Source: Podarcis tiliguerta
Lineage: Eukaryota
Strand: one strand, 5' to 3'
Assembly (NCBI GenBank): GCA_965153285.1
Contig: OZ229119.1
Length of the DNA stretch: 64,000 bases
This document shows positions 1-33,012 of the stretch, in pieces. Both the position numbers and the translations under genes were made by a program. A model generated the notes under the pieces. That model made no database searches. It had not been told where the DNA came from and saw only the letters and a program-made list of their open reading frames with translations. Every line of letters starts with the position of its first letter. Within the stretch, counting starts at the first letter, position 1.

Positions 1-97
1 ATTTTAGCAGGGGGCAGAGAGCTGCGAGTGCAAGCGCCCCCCCCAGATGTTGCGCCCGGTGCGGCCGGCCCCCCTGCACCTCCACGCTACGCCACTG
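1..97. mobile_element. End of a GC-rich DNA-transposon MITE (cut by the window edge)
   Basis: Ends in gctacgccactg, the reverse complement of a CAGTGGCGTAGC-type hAT TIR. Confidence 0.5.
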
Positions 98-240
98 GTT
101 GCTGGGAATCACAAGGGAGAATGCCATTGCCCTCACCTTACTTGTGGACTTCCCATCGGCATCTGGCTGGCCACCGTGAGAACCGTTTGCTGAACTAGAT
201 GGACCTTTAGCCAGATCTAGGAGGGCTCTTCTCCTGTTCC
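98..240 (+). mobile_element. CR1-type LINE 3'-end fragment
   Basis: gcatctggctggccaccgtgagaac...gctgaactagatggacc...gggctcttct; similar copies at ~5960-6080, 58485-58760, and on the minus strand at ~47940-48150. Confidence 0.6.
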
Positions 241-1029
241 AGATGCAGAAGAGTAGCAGTGTATCTGACTGACAAATGAGTGGAAGGAACCTTGCTGTAG
301 AGGTGGGGAACCTGTGCCCCCCCCCCAGTTGCTAGACTGCCGTTTCCATCAGTCCCAGCCATCAATGCTCATTGTCAGAAATTATGGGAGGTGCAGCCCT
401 GTAAATATCTGGAGGGGTCCTAATCCTCTATCCATGAAGCAAGGAACAGGTTCATTTTACTTAAGCAGGGAAACCCATTCTTAGAAGTGCACAGTGAGTA
501 TCGACTCATTCATCCTCACCATTTTGTTTTTAATATGGCAGTGAATAATTTGTATTTAAGTGCTGCAGTAGGGGGGGAAGAAATCCCTACTCCATTAGTT
601 GGGCACATTATCTCAGGCCTCTGAGAACTCAGGAAAAGAATAATATAGTAGTTAGGCAGATTCCCAGTGTGTATTATATTTTGAGCACTTAATCTTTGTG
701 GTTTTGCAACAACTGAATGTGAGATTGATCAAAAGCACGGAGCATACAAGTCCTGCATATCAGAAAGCCGTAATAGCATTCTAACTAGTATTCCCAGATC
801 ATAGGGGAGTATAGAGAAATGTGAGGAAGTCACTCAAGAAATGTGTATTGCATCAATTAAAATTCAGTTATCTATGTACACCCTGGAACTATTTCTATTT
901 GGCTACAGAAGGAGCAAGGTTGTGGCAGCTATTGTGAAAGCTGGCCGATTTTAATGCAGCTGCCACAGAGCAATTCTGAATATGACAACTACATGGGTCA
1001 CTCCAGAATAGTCTGTGGATCAGTTAGAG

Positions 1030-1166
1030 CAGGCTACCTCAAACTCGGCCCTCCAGATGTTTTTGGCCTACAACTCCCCATGATCGCTAGCTAGCAGGAC
1101 CAGTGGTTAGGGATGATGGGAATTGTAGTCTCAAAACATCTGGAGGGCCGAGTTGGAGGAAGCCTG
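1030..1166. mobile_element. Palindromic hAT-like MITE (best-preserved copy of a family with ~9 copies in the window)
   Basis: cagg...aactcggccctccagatgtttt ... aaaacatctggagggccgagtt...cctg; near-perfect hairpin. Degenerate copies at ~300-430, 12617-12753, 17798-17925, 21002-21130, 34676-34765, 36155-36285, 49027-49142, 60213-60290. Confidence 0.8.
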
Positions 1167-1864
1167 AGTTTTTGCTGTTGTACACAAATAAGCTTTTGAT
1201 GGCTTAAACCCAGGTCATGGGGGACCTCAGAGATGATTTAGACACAGTACTGGTCTTATAATCTTGTCATTTTCTGTGCAGTAATTCAAAATTGCATTAC
1301 ATTTTAAAACATTTAACTGCAGTTGAAGGAAGAATTGGGAATATGTTAGATTTCTAACCCAGGGGGATTCATTCCCCTTTTTGAATAGTTGTAGCCAGGG
1401 GAAAACTCCAATAGCAGGTTTATCTAGTGTGCTATATTATGTTGCAATTTTATTGTACAATTGTTTATTCCTTTTAAAACCAGATATTGAAGAAAGTATC
1501 AAAATAAGAAAGCATGAAGAGGAGCAGGGAGATATGTAGAACAAGGATAGGTATGGAAATTCCTGCCAAATGGGAATAAAATCCCCTGGAATTGGGAAAT
1601 CTTAATACTGTATTGGTTCAATATTGCAACAGGTGCTGTGCCCTATATCAAGATATTTACTGAAACCTTTAAGACAAACAAAATTCTAACTAAAATGAAG
1701 ATTCCACAAAAGCTACTTGATTCTACAGAGAGGCCACATTCTAGGATTAATAGTATGCTTCCTGATGGACTCCTCAACCACATATTACAGCCTATATCCA
1801 CTACGAAGCTGAGCAGAGTGCAAGTAGGAATACTAAATGAAGACTAGATGAGTCAGTCACAATC

Positions 1865-1870
1865 TTTATT
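1865..1870 (-). terminator. Probable ACO2 polyadenylation signal (AATAAA)
   Basis: tttatt on the + strand, ~320 nt past the stop codon; first canonical hexamer seen downstream. Confidence 0.65.
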
Positions 1871-2190
1871 TTGTTTTCCACAAGAACAATAATCTTCTAA
1901 TGTTTTATCCTTTTGCCATCACTGAAATGATCAGGCAGAAAAATCATCAGGAAATATAAATACAAAGCAATATGGGACAACTGAAATGCACCAAACATAG
2001 GCAGCTATGGAAGCCAGAACCTGATAATGCAAAAATGAGTACTCTCATTAATGTCAGCAAGTGAGTACTGTAATAAAGGGGAAGCTAAGTTAACATTTGA
2101 TCACAGACATTAATTGTCAAGAATCGTAGTGGAATTGCACTTTTATAGAGACAGTCATCAGGTCCACTGGATGTGTGAACTTGTCTAGGT

Positions 2191-23751
<21,561 letters not shown>

Positions 23752-23757
<6 letters not shown>

Positions 23758-23780
23758 TTTGTTCACTGACAAAGATGAAG
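23752..23780 (-). promoter_or_regulatory. Iron-responsive element (IRE) in the ACO2 5' leader, overlapping the start codon
   Basis: Minus strand reads CUUCAU-C-UUUGU-CAGUGA-ACAAA-AUGGCG: CAGUGN loop (23768-23763), 5-bp upper stem, bulged C (23774), lower stem CAU/AUG. Matches the established vertebrate mitochondrial-aconitase IRE architecture. Confidence 0.95.
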
Positions 23781-24390
23781 TCGCCGCGCGATAGCGTCAC
23801 ACGGGGCTTTTAAAGGAAGTGCCTCGTAGGCGGGGCCTAGGCCGCGCCCATCAAGTCTCCTTTTAAATAGAAGCGGGCACGTGGAAACAAAGTACTTCCG
23901 GAGGCGTGACTTCTCCACAGGAAACCGGTTACCTCGTCAATAATAGTACATAGTGATAAGAAAATATAGAGAAGTACACCTTTAAATAATTGGAAATTTC
24001 CGGGTTTACGTGGGAATACGTATTCCCTGTTTCGCTACAATAGTACCGAAATTAAGGCTGCCTGTACAAATCAATGGGGAAGTCTATTAGCTTAGCATAG
24101 CTGACTGAGGAGGAGCAGCGTGTTCATCCAGAAACAAACAATCAAAAAAGTAGCAACATTAGGAGTATTATGTTATTTCTGCCTCGGGTTGCTGCGCTAG
24201 TACCGTGAATTCCTTCCCAAATTTCTATGAGCAGCTTTCACTTCCGCCCTTGGAGAGGGAAAGCAAACGAAAGTTGAGGCCTCTGTCAGCTTTTCAAGTC
24301 TAACTCTACGCTGCTAGTCTGTGAAATGGGTCCAATCTCTAGCGTGCTAATGACGTCAGTCGAGGGGGCGGTACTCTGCCAGGTCCTGAA

Positions 24391-24416
24391 AGAGAGAGAG
24401 AGAGAGAGAGAGAGAG
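24391..24416 (+). repeat. (AG)13 microsatellite in the bidirectional promoter
   Basis: Direct reading. Confidence 0.95.
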
Positions 24417-24653
24417 TTGTAAATTGCCGACATTTCCCCTCTTCTAAAGATATTAAGGGCTACGAAGAAACAGGTTATTTATTTGCGGGATATTCGAGTG
24501 TGGTAACCCGACGCGGTAGCGCGCGAAAGGAAATTAAAAGCCGGTTTGTGCGGAGGTGGGCGAGTGTGTAGGACCTCCGCTTTCCCCAGGACCTGAAGGG
24601 GTCAAAGGTGAAAGGCCAGTAACGACGGCGGCGCGAGGCGAAGGTGTTCAGGG

Positions 24654-24705
24654 ATGGCCAAGCACCACCCGGATTTGATCTTCTGCCGCAAGCAGGCGGG
24701 CGTGG
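24654..24705 (+). CDS. PHF5A: PHF5A exon 1 coding part ([17 protein letters not shown])
   Basis: GGGATGG Kozak context; donor G|GTGAGG. Confidence 0.97.
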
Positions 24706-27700
24706 GTGAGGCCCCCCCTTCCTTCCCCCTTTCCCTCGGACCGGGAGCCCCGGGGTGCCTGGGCTGCGCGCGCGGCGGGAGGCGGGCGGAGAGCAGCGGC
24801 CGGGAAGGCCACACCGGCCGGGTCTCCGAGGCGGGAGGCTCGACTGACTTCTGCCCTGGTCCAAACGGCAAAACGCGGCAGCGGCGCCTCACGTCTGAAA
24901 CGGAATTGCGAACCGGCGCGCTTGGGCCTCACTCGTTGTGCTTCGCTCGGAGCCGCCCAATGAAATCGATCGGCGGGAGATTCAGAAATGGACCGGCGAA
25001 ACCTCATTCCCCGCATCTCGCAAGCGGCAGTGAACTCGGGGGATTCCGTGCCCTCAGATGCAATGATAGTCGCAGGCTTAGGTGGCTTTAGAAGGAGCTT
25101 TAAATCAGCCGATGGCTAGTCCGTTTAACTGCTAGCCGTGATAGCTGAATTCAGGGCATAAGTTCTGTATAAAGTAGTTGCTCCTTAATGACTCTCCCAT
25201 CCTCAAGTTGCCAGCTGGCCCCTAGGATGGTTTATATTGCATACAAATGCATCTCTGGAGCCCATCACTGTTCCTCCCCCCCCCATACTCCTTAGCACAG
25301 TCGTCTGCCAACCTTGCAGCTGTCATAAGCAGACCTAGATGGAAAAACAAGTCCTGTATATCTGCTGCATCATTGTGGCTTGTAGATGGAAGCATTTAGG
25401 TCCTGCGGTGTAATATTAGAACATGATTTGCACACTTAAGTTCTGATCAATCCCTAGCATCTAATTAAAAGGATTTCAGCTAGCTGGGCTGCAAAAGAGG
25501 AGATCCTCTTGCAACCAAATACAGTACTTGCTTAAAGTGGAATGAATGTTGTATCAGTTACAACAGTTTTACATGAGTCACATAGTCATATCTAACGTCC
25601 TACATTTCTGTCCCCTTCCCTCCTGCTTTTAACTGATATTTTATTAACTGCTTCTTAGCAGCAAGGATTTTTTATTTATTTTTTAATCATACTTGCAACA
25701 AGATTTTCCTACCATACAACTACAGGTTTTGGGCCTCCTGCCCTCTTATTTACTTTTGGAAGTTGTAAGTTTACATGATGCTGTGTCACTCTCGGCCTGT
25801 GACGTACATAAGACATAAAGCTTTGCTATTGTATTTTCATCAAAATAGCGCATTCTTTGCCTTCATTCCCTATGAGTATTACATTCTTACTGTTGTTTTG
25901 AAAATGACAAGCTCTAATCTTGGCAAAACACATTAGGCAGAGTGAGGAAAGATTATGTTTGCTTTAAGTTTAGTCCTGCCAATACAGTATTAACAGTGAA
26001 AGCCTACGGTTGCATTCCTAAACACACGTACCTGGAAACAGGTCCCACTGTTTGAAACTGAAGGGAAAATATAAAGGCTGCTTCTTAAAATATACTCAGG
26101 CACTTTGTGCCATGTGGCCTTGCTGCCACTTCACTGTATCTAGCTACTCGCTGATTAAAGTTCGTTCAGTTTACCTTTGACTAAGCATGGATAGGATCAG
26201 CCCTGAATATCAGTCTGTAAGAATACCAAAAGTAGGGTGTTTATTAAACATTTTAGTTAATTGCCTTAAAAACCTATTATTCTCCCATAGTCCACCCATC
26301 CCCACCTGAATATGAGGTTAATCCTGAAGAGTAGTACAGTGGTACCTCGGGTTAAGAACTTAATTCATCCTGGGGGTCCGTTCTTACCTGAAGCACCACT
26401 TTAGCTAATGGGGCCTCCTGCTGCTGCCGCGCTGCTGGAACACGATTTCTGTTCTCATCCTGAAGCAAAGTTCTTAACCCGAGGTACTATTTCTGGGTTA
26501 GCAGAGTCTGTAACCTGAAGTGTCTATAACCCAAGGTACCACTGTACAGATTCTAGAAATAATGTGGAACTTTCAGAATTTCCAAATGAACGTTATTCAT
26601 TTTTCTCCATTTTTATTGCAGCTATTGGACGACTATGTGAAAAATGTGAGTATAGCTTTTTACATACTGTGTGTCTTCTGTGATTTGGAGCCCAATATAG
26701 TGAATCAGAATTTCTTCCAAGCTGAGTAAAGTCTGTCTTCTAAAATGCAATTAAACCTATAGGTATAACCAGTGCATTTTTTCTAGAAAAATAGGTACCA
26801 GAACTCACCATGAAGTTGTTACAGTAAGTGCCACACTTTTTAACAACAAAAAGAGGTGTTGATAGTTCATACTATTGAGTACCCCCTGAAAACAAGCACT
26901 GAGTATGATGCCATTTTAAGTTTAAAATTCTAGCTACACATGTAGTATAATCCTGTATTTGCATATTCAGAATTTCCCCACTATGTTCACTGAAACTTAC
27001 TCCCAGGCAAATTAGTATAGAACTGCAGCTTGGATGTTCAAGACTTGCCATAGACTTGAGAAACTTCACCTTTTCACCTAAACCTGTCTGAAACACTTTC
27101 GAATCTAAACCGAAGAGAAGAGAAGGAATATAAAAATTGGCAACATACCTATATGTTTACTTTAGATAATTTAAAAATAAAGTAGTCATGGTGGATCTAT
27201 GCTATATAGATTGTAAGGGGGATGAAAAAAGTTGGTAAGAGTTTAAGAGAAGAAAGGAAAGGGTTGAAAAATGTATCAAAACATGGCAGCCATTCCCTCC
27301 AATCCCCCTTTAACTTCATGCTTCCTAAGAGCTTTGCAATGTTAAGCAGGGATGTCTGTGCTGCTCCAGTATTACTGTAGCTACATTTTTCTCAAACTTA
27401 GAATGTCTGAAGAGACCATGGGCTGTTTCAGATGTAATGTTAAACCATAGTTTGGCACTGGCAACTTAAGACTTCAAGGAAGCAGACCAGGAAAGCAAGG
27501 CACCTGTGAAAAGGAGGAAGATGTGCACCAGCCACAGGTTTCTTGATGCACCACATCATGCTTTGGACTTTTGTCCAATCCAGCCCACAGAAAACACTCT
27601 TAGCATTTCTGATATGCTGCATCTGTCTTTACTGGCATTTTAAGACGTAACAGTCACACATGCATTAGCATGTGTGCTAATCAGGGGCAGCAAAATTCAG

Positions 27701-30700
27701 GCTCGGGGGCCAAATTCCAGGCCTTTCTGCCTGGCTCCTGGAACTCTCCCCAGTACACACCTCACTGACCATGCTTCACACCCCAGGAGCTCTTGCCTGG
27801 CTGGAATGTGTCCTTGAACTCTGATAATTCCTCTTGTACTCATGGATGGAGGATAGAGAGGGTTGATTGAGTGTGCATAGAAACTAGGCTATTTTACAAA
27901 GGTAAAATTAAAATTTGGTGCCATGCCCACTTTTGCCCCACCTCACCCCACCCACCATTGGCATGTAGCCCCAGGAAGGCTGCTCAGAAAAGAAGGCAGC
28001 CCTTGTGTTGAAAAAAGACACACACCCCTGCACTCTGGAGTCTCCACAGCACTGTTGCAGCTGTTCCTCTGGTCCTTTTAAATCACAGGTACCTGTAAAG
28101 TGAAAGCAAAACTTCAGGCCACATAATGACCAGGCTAGCTAGTATCCATTTTGAGGTGAAACTAGGCAGAAGTAAAGGATGTCCGAAAGGATGAAGTTAT
28201 GGGCAGATTATGGCATTTATTAATATCGCTGTTGGGGTAACATATGCTGTCTCTCCTGGTCATAAAAGGACAGGATAACAGCACAAGCTATTGCAGACAG
28301 GAAAGAGATGCTTTTTCAGCCCAGGGATGCAGAGTAAGAGAGTAGAAGGTGCTGCACTTGGGTGCTTCCCAGGGCTACTTGCCACACAAATGAAATGGCT
28401 CCCTACTCCTGCCCCATCTTCGAAACTAGAAATAAAGCACTACTGGGGGGAAACTATGAGACGGTCTATTGTAGCTGTCACCCAGGAAATTATCAGCATT
28501 CTTTAAAAGAATTTGTTCACCTTCCGAAAGAAAGAGCAAGTTAAACAAGTCCTTGGTAGGAATAAAGATTAGATGGACGAGGGTAATGGGATATGAAGCT
28601 CTTCGTCTTGAGGTCATTTGCTTGGATATGGTCCAGGCTGGCAGTGCTTGTCATTGCCATCTGTTGGCTATTTACTTACTTGCTAACTTTGGTTCCATAC
28701 CTCAAGAGCTATCTACAGCAATAATGGCTTCAATTATGTATGAGTGCACTTGCCCTTTCAGCCTTTCCTAAAGCCAAATTAAGAAAAGAAGATCACTGAA
28801 TATACCTTTCAAGCGTAGAAGATTGCATTGGCATTATATGATTGATTGATGTATCTGTGATACTGCATTCTGTGTTCATCCCCGCACAAAAATGCTGATT
28901 TGATGTTACATATGATTAAAAAATTTAAAAAATGTGGCAGACTGGTTTATGGAGAAGTTCAATCAAATGCCAATTGCTTTGGGCTTTTATCTGTAAACAA
29001 CACAAGCCATTGTATTTGGGGTGTGGCAACTCCACCTTAAACACATCTGCCTGGAAGCAAGCCCAGTTGACGCTTTGCTTTTGTAGCATGTTCTGTGGGT
29101 AATCTAATAGGCTGTGTATGTTCTTTCTGTGGGTGGCTTGTCTGCATCTTTTCTTTCACTTGAAATACGTGTACTTATTTTGCAGGTGATGGCAAGTGTG
29201 TTATTTGTGACTCTTATGTGCGGCCCTGCACACTGGTGCGCATATGTGATGAGTGCAACTATGGGTCTTATCAAGGGCGCTGTGTGATATGTGGAGGTCC
29301 TGGTGTCTCTGATGCATACTACTGTAAAGAATGCACCATCCAGGAGAAAGATGTAAGATTGTTACAGGGGTTTGCATTTTTCCGCTCTCTAAGTTGCAAT
29401 TGTTTGTTCTTAACTATTATCGTTGGCCTATGTGTTGGTAAACATCTGAAGCCTGGGATGCTTATATTCTAATATCTATATGCTCTCATGTCCAGTACCT
29501 TCAATAAAGGCCTATTCATACTTGTCTCTTTCGAAAGCGCCCTAAAACTAACATAATTTATAATTTCAAACTCTTCTAAAACAACTTATGGCTGCAAACC
29601 AGTAGACAGATTTCATTCATGCCTTAGATTACAAGAGATCAAGGACAGGGGTTTAAAAAATAAAAATCAGCATTGGCAGTTGAACCTTTAATATAAAACT
29701 ATAGTATCAACTACCAGCTGTTGTAGTGTAGTATTATTCTAAACAGCAATCTGGGTTAGCGGTCTTGGGGTGGGGTGGTTTGTAAGTAGCAATGGTATCA
29801 GATTTTCTCTCCAGTGACACAGTCCTGCAAATTCCTTTGTAATGTCACTTCTTGAGATTCCTCCGTTGCAGGGGGTTAGACTAGATGACCCTCAGGGTCC
29901 CTTCTATGAATTTGGGACACCTTATATTTTTGTCTGAGGATGGGTATTACAATGTTGCCACAGTAGAGCTGGTCTTCTTCTGTACCAGAAACCCTTACAG
30001 TAAGAGCAGATTCAGACTGTTTTAACAATGAATGAGTACAGGAAAAAATGCCTTGACTCTAAAGTGGCCTTGTGAAAAATAGGTCAGGGCTCATGCATCT
30101 TTAATAGTTGTAGCGAAGAGGGAAGGTACATCTTTTAAAGGTGCAGGAGCTCCTGTGCTCTCTTTTTTCACCTCGCTGCTCTAATTGTACCACAGAAATG
30201 CAATTATCTATAAAGTGAAATGCACCTCTTTTGCTGGTTACTACGCAGGGACAATAGAAGTGACCTTGTTCCTACCCAGCCGTCTCGCATTTGAGTTGAA
30301 AAATAAGCAGAAGTAGAGAGCATCGCTCTTGAAAATGGAGTAGCTGACAATTAGCTTCATTCTCTCTGATACTAACTGTGTAGGAAGAGCTTGGGAGGAG
30401 GAGGTTTTTAAAAAGGAAAGGCTTTTTGAATTTGCATATACATTACTTGATGATTTGCAGTTGAATGTGTATTGACTACCTCCATTTAAAAGTACTGTTT
30501 GAGATGCTGTGACATTAGAGCCATCTATGGTGGGATAGATGCTTTATGAGTAAATCGACATTGGATTCCACAGTTGAGTGCATGTTGAATGTGTGCATAA
30601 ACTCGTCTCCGCTGTAGACAGAAAAGAAGGCACTAGGGCTGCTAGACAGTATGAAGAAAATGGGTCAGTAACAATGGGTTCTTTTAGCATAAAGTACTGC

Positions 30701-32619
30701 TGCACCCAGGTTAAGATGGAATTCTATGAAGAAGATCCTCTCCAAATCAGACAGATGCTGAAATGGCGAGGCTATGAAGTGCAGTTGGAAATGGTTTTAA
30801 AGCTATTTCTATACTTGTGGGAAGTTTGTCAGTGAATACAATAGGGTATCCAGGTGAAAAAGAGGCCAGGGCTCCTTCACCTTTAAGAGTTGTGTGGGCG
30901 CCCTGTCTGCTTTTCATCTGATCACACAGTAATGAAAGTGCCCCTCCAGAAAATGTGGCATAGGGCACACACAAAATGTGTCACTTCAGACTGGGGAGGT
31001 ATTTATTGATTTCCTGTGTCAAAGTGTAAACTAAGGAAAATATTGCATCTGCTGAGCGGGTAGGTTGGTGAACAGAATCCAGCACCCTGCAAAAAGTTTA
31101 CAGATCTATCAGCTTAAATGTAACTGAAAATTATCTGTAAGGTGGGTTCCTCCAGCTGTAACTGTACCACGCTCTTTTTCTTCATCCGTTCACATCAGCT
31201 ATTGGAACAATAGGCGGTCCCTGCCTACCCTGAATCCAAACTACCCTGGCATATTCAACAGCAAATGATCTTCTACCTGCCTAACCCTGTAGCTGCCATG
31301 CCAGTAGTGTTAGAAACTGAGATATGGAAGATAGGAGCCAAATGGCACCTTAAACCTATGTTATGGGTGCAGCAACAGAATGTCTAGGTGCACTTTTTTA
31401 TAACAAGCATACAAAGCTGAAAATGAATGAACTGCAGCTAAAATATTATGTTCATTTTTCATGTGCTTTACTCCTTCCCCTGCCTACCCTCCTAATATTT
31501 TTCAGAGGGTCTCTTCTCCAGTCTTCGGAGAGTAGCTGGAAGTGGGGAGGCAGAAAAGGGTCCTCCTTTCCTTCCACTCTGCAATTTTTAGTCTGAAATC
31601 TTAGGCGCAGTACTGCACCCAGAGCTCAGAAACTTCTTGTGCTAATGAAATTCCCTGTCACAATGGGAGTTTCGAACACTGCATGCCAGTAGCAGTCTGT
31701 AAGGTGCCACAGAAATGAGAAAGAATGCAAAATGGAGAAGCTTCTCAAAAGTGCCAACTGAGATTTTTTACAGCTCAGTGCATTTCAGAACATCAGTTCT
31801 TTCTTCAGGAACTACCTCAAGCCATCAAATACTGTAGAGTCGAACAGCAGCATGCTATTTGACTCCTTGAGGAGCTCACATATTGGCTTTCTGTTGCTTT
31901 TTCATTTTCTAGCTCTTATGGTGGTTTAGATAAATCTGAAAATATTCTGATGTATCTGCAGAAAGCTGAAGCAAAGTTTTTGAGTCGGGCTTGCAAAGTG
32001 CTTAATCTTCTTGTTCTGTACAGCTCTTAATATTTCTCACTGTCCATGCCTGCTTTCTTTGGGTAGCCATGTCAGCCATCACTAACTTAAATATGTTGAT
32101 TTTCATGGGTCTACCGAGTATGACTTTGATCTTTTAATTCCTCTGTCTTTGCAAAAACACTCCAAATTCTGCAAAACCCCAAACACCAAGGCCAGATTAA
32201 ATAAAGGAGCTTTGTGCAACTTATTCTGGATGTAGAATTCATACGCCCCTGGTAGAGAAAATTGAATTGCAGCATTATCCTAAAATAGTGTACTCAGAAA
32301 TAATTAAGCGTATCTAGAATTGCAGCCTTTGTGGCAGAATCTCTGTTGGACTTCAAATGGAAGGTTGGCGTAACTATCTGTAGCCAGTACGTGTATCAGA
32401 ATTGGGTCTTGTGTTGAGTGATGATTTATTTTTTCTTGCACACCCTATCTGAGCTGTGAAATAACTTGTGTGATACATTTACTAGCATTACCGTTGTTCT
32501 AACTATATCCCTTTTCTGTTCCTTTTCAGCGAGATGGCTGTCCCAAGATTGTCAATCTGGGCAGCTCAAAAACAGATCTCTTCTATGAGCGAAAGAAGTA
32601 TGGCTTTAAGAAAAGGTGA
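24654..32619 (+). CDS. PHF5A: PHD finger-like domain-containing protein 5A (SF3b14b/Rds3), whole spliced CDS span (4 exons, 333 nt, 110 aa)
   Basis: Exons 24654-24705, 26622-26645, 29186-29352 and 32530-32619 splice to [110 protein letters not shown]. Confidence 0.98.
26337..26544. mobile_element. Tc1/mariner MITE, family A copy 3
   Basis: Same TIRs and TA TSD; ends 77 bp before the PHF5A microexon. Confidence 0.9.
26622..26645 (+). CDS. PHF5A: PHF5A exon 2, 24-nt microexon (AIGRLCEK)
   Basis: ttttattgcag|CTATTGGACGACTATGTGAAAAAT|gtgagt. Confidence 0.95.
26770..26901. mobile_element. hAT-like MITE downstream of the PHF5A microexon
   Basis: TIR cagtgcattttttc / gaaaacaagcactg; decayed 8-bp TSD ggtataac/agtatgat (differences are all transitions). 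Confidence 0.6.
27682..28030. mobile_element. hAT (MER58/Charlie-like) non-autonomous element
   Basis: Starts cagggg...gggggccaaatt and ends ...cacccctg; TSD not recognisable. Confidence 0.55.
29186..29352 (+). CDS. PHF5A: PHF5A exon 3 ([15 protein letters not shown]...CTIQEKD)
   Basis: 167 nt; CxxC zinc ligands; AG/GT flanks. Confidence 0.97.
32530..32619 (+). CDS. PHF5A: PHF5A exon 4 coding part ([29 protein letters not shown])
   Basis: Long polypyrimidine tract plus cag acceptor; TGA at 32617-32619. Confidence 0.97.
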
Positions 32620-33006
32620 TCCCATCTCCACCATGGTACATTTGCTGGAGACTGCAAGGATTCTTTTTTTAAAAAAGGACTGCCATCTTACTGGAAAGCA
32701 GCTCATTTGTTCTTAGTCCTTAAAATTTGTTGCAGAAACTAGTATGTAAAACTAAATTTGGAGGTTGCTGTCTTCCCTGCCATTCCTCAGTGGTCCCTAA
32801 TGTTACCAAAGGAGTTGAGCATTTTTATTGCATCTGTGACTCAGAGGAAGGAGATTTACATTTCAGCCCTTGTGACTTCCAATCTCCCCCTTTATAGATA
32901 AGCAACCTAAATTTCTGTTGACTGAATCCTTTCACTTAGTGTTATGACCGTGCCTATATTTTCCCTGAAGTAAGCCAAGCCACAGCATCTTTGTGAATTA
33001 TGCATC

Positions 33007-33012
33007 AATAAA
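33007..33012 (+). terminator. Probable PHF5A polyadenylation signal (AATAAA)
   Basis: First canonical hexamer seen, ~390 nt after the stop codon. Confidence 0.6.

Noticed and set aside
1-1860. POLR3H 3' end, expected from mammalian synteny (tail-to-tail with ACO2)
   Set aside because: No POLR3H-like coding sequence recognised here; it may lie outside the window.
24706-25091. 145-aa ORF continuing from the PHF5A start, and other overlapping ORFs at 24475-25016
   Set aside because: Read-through into GC-rich intron 1; low stop frequency is expected in a CpG island, and the true frame leaves at donor 24706.
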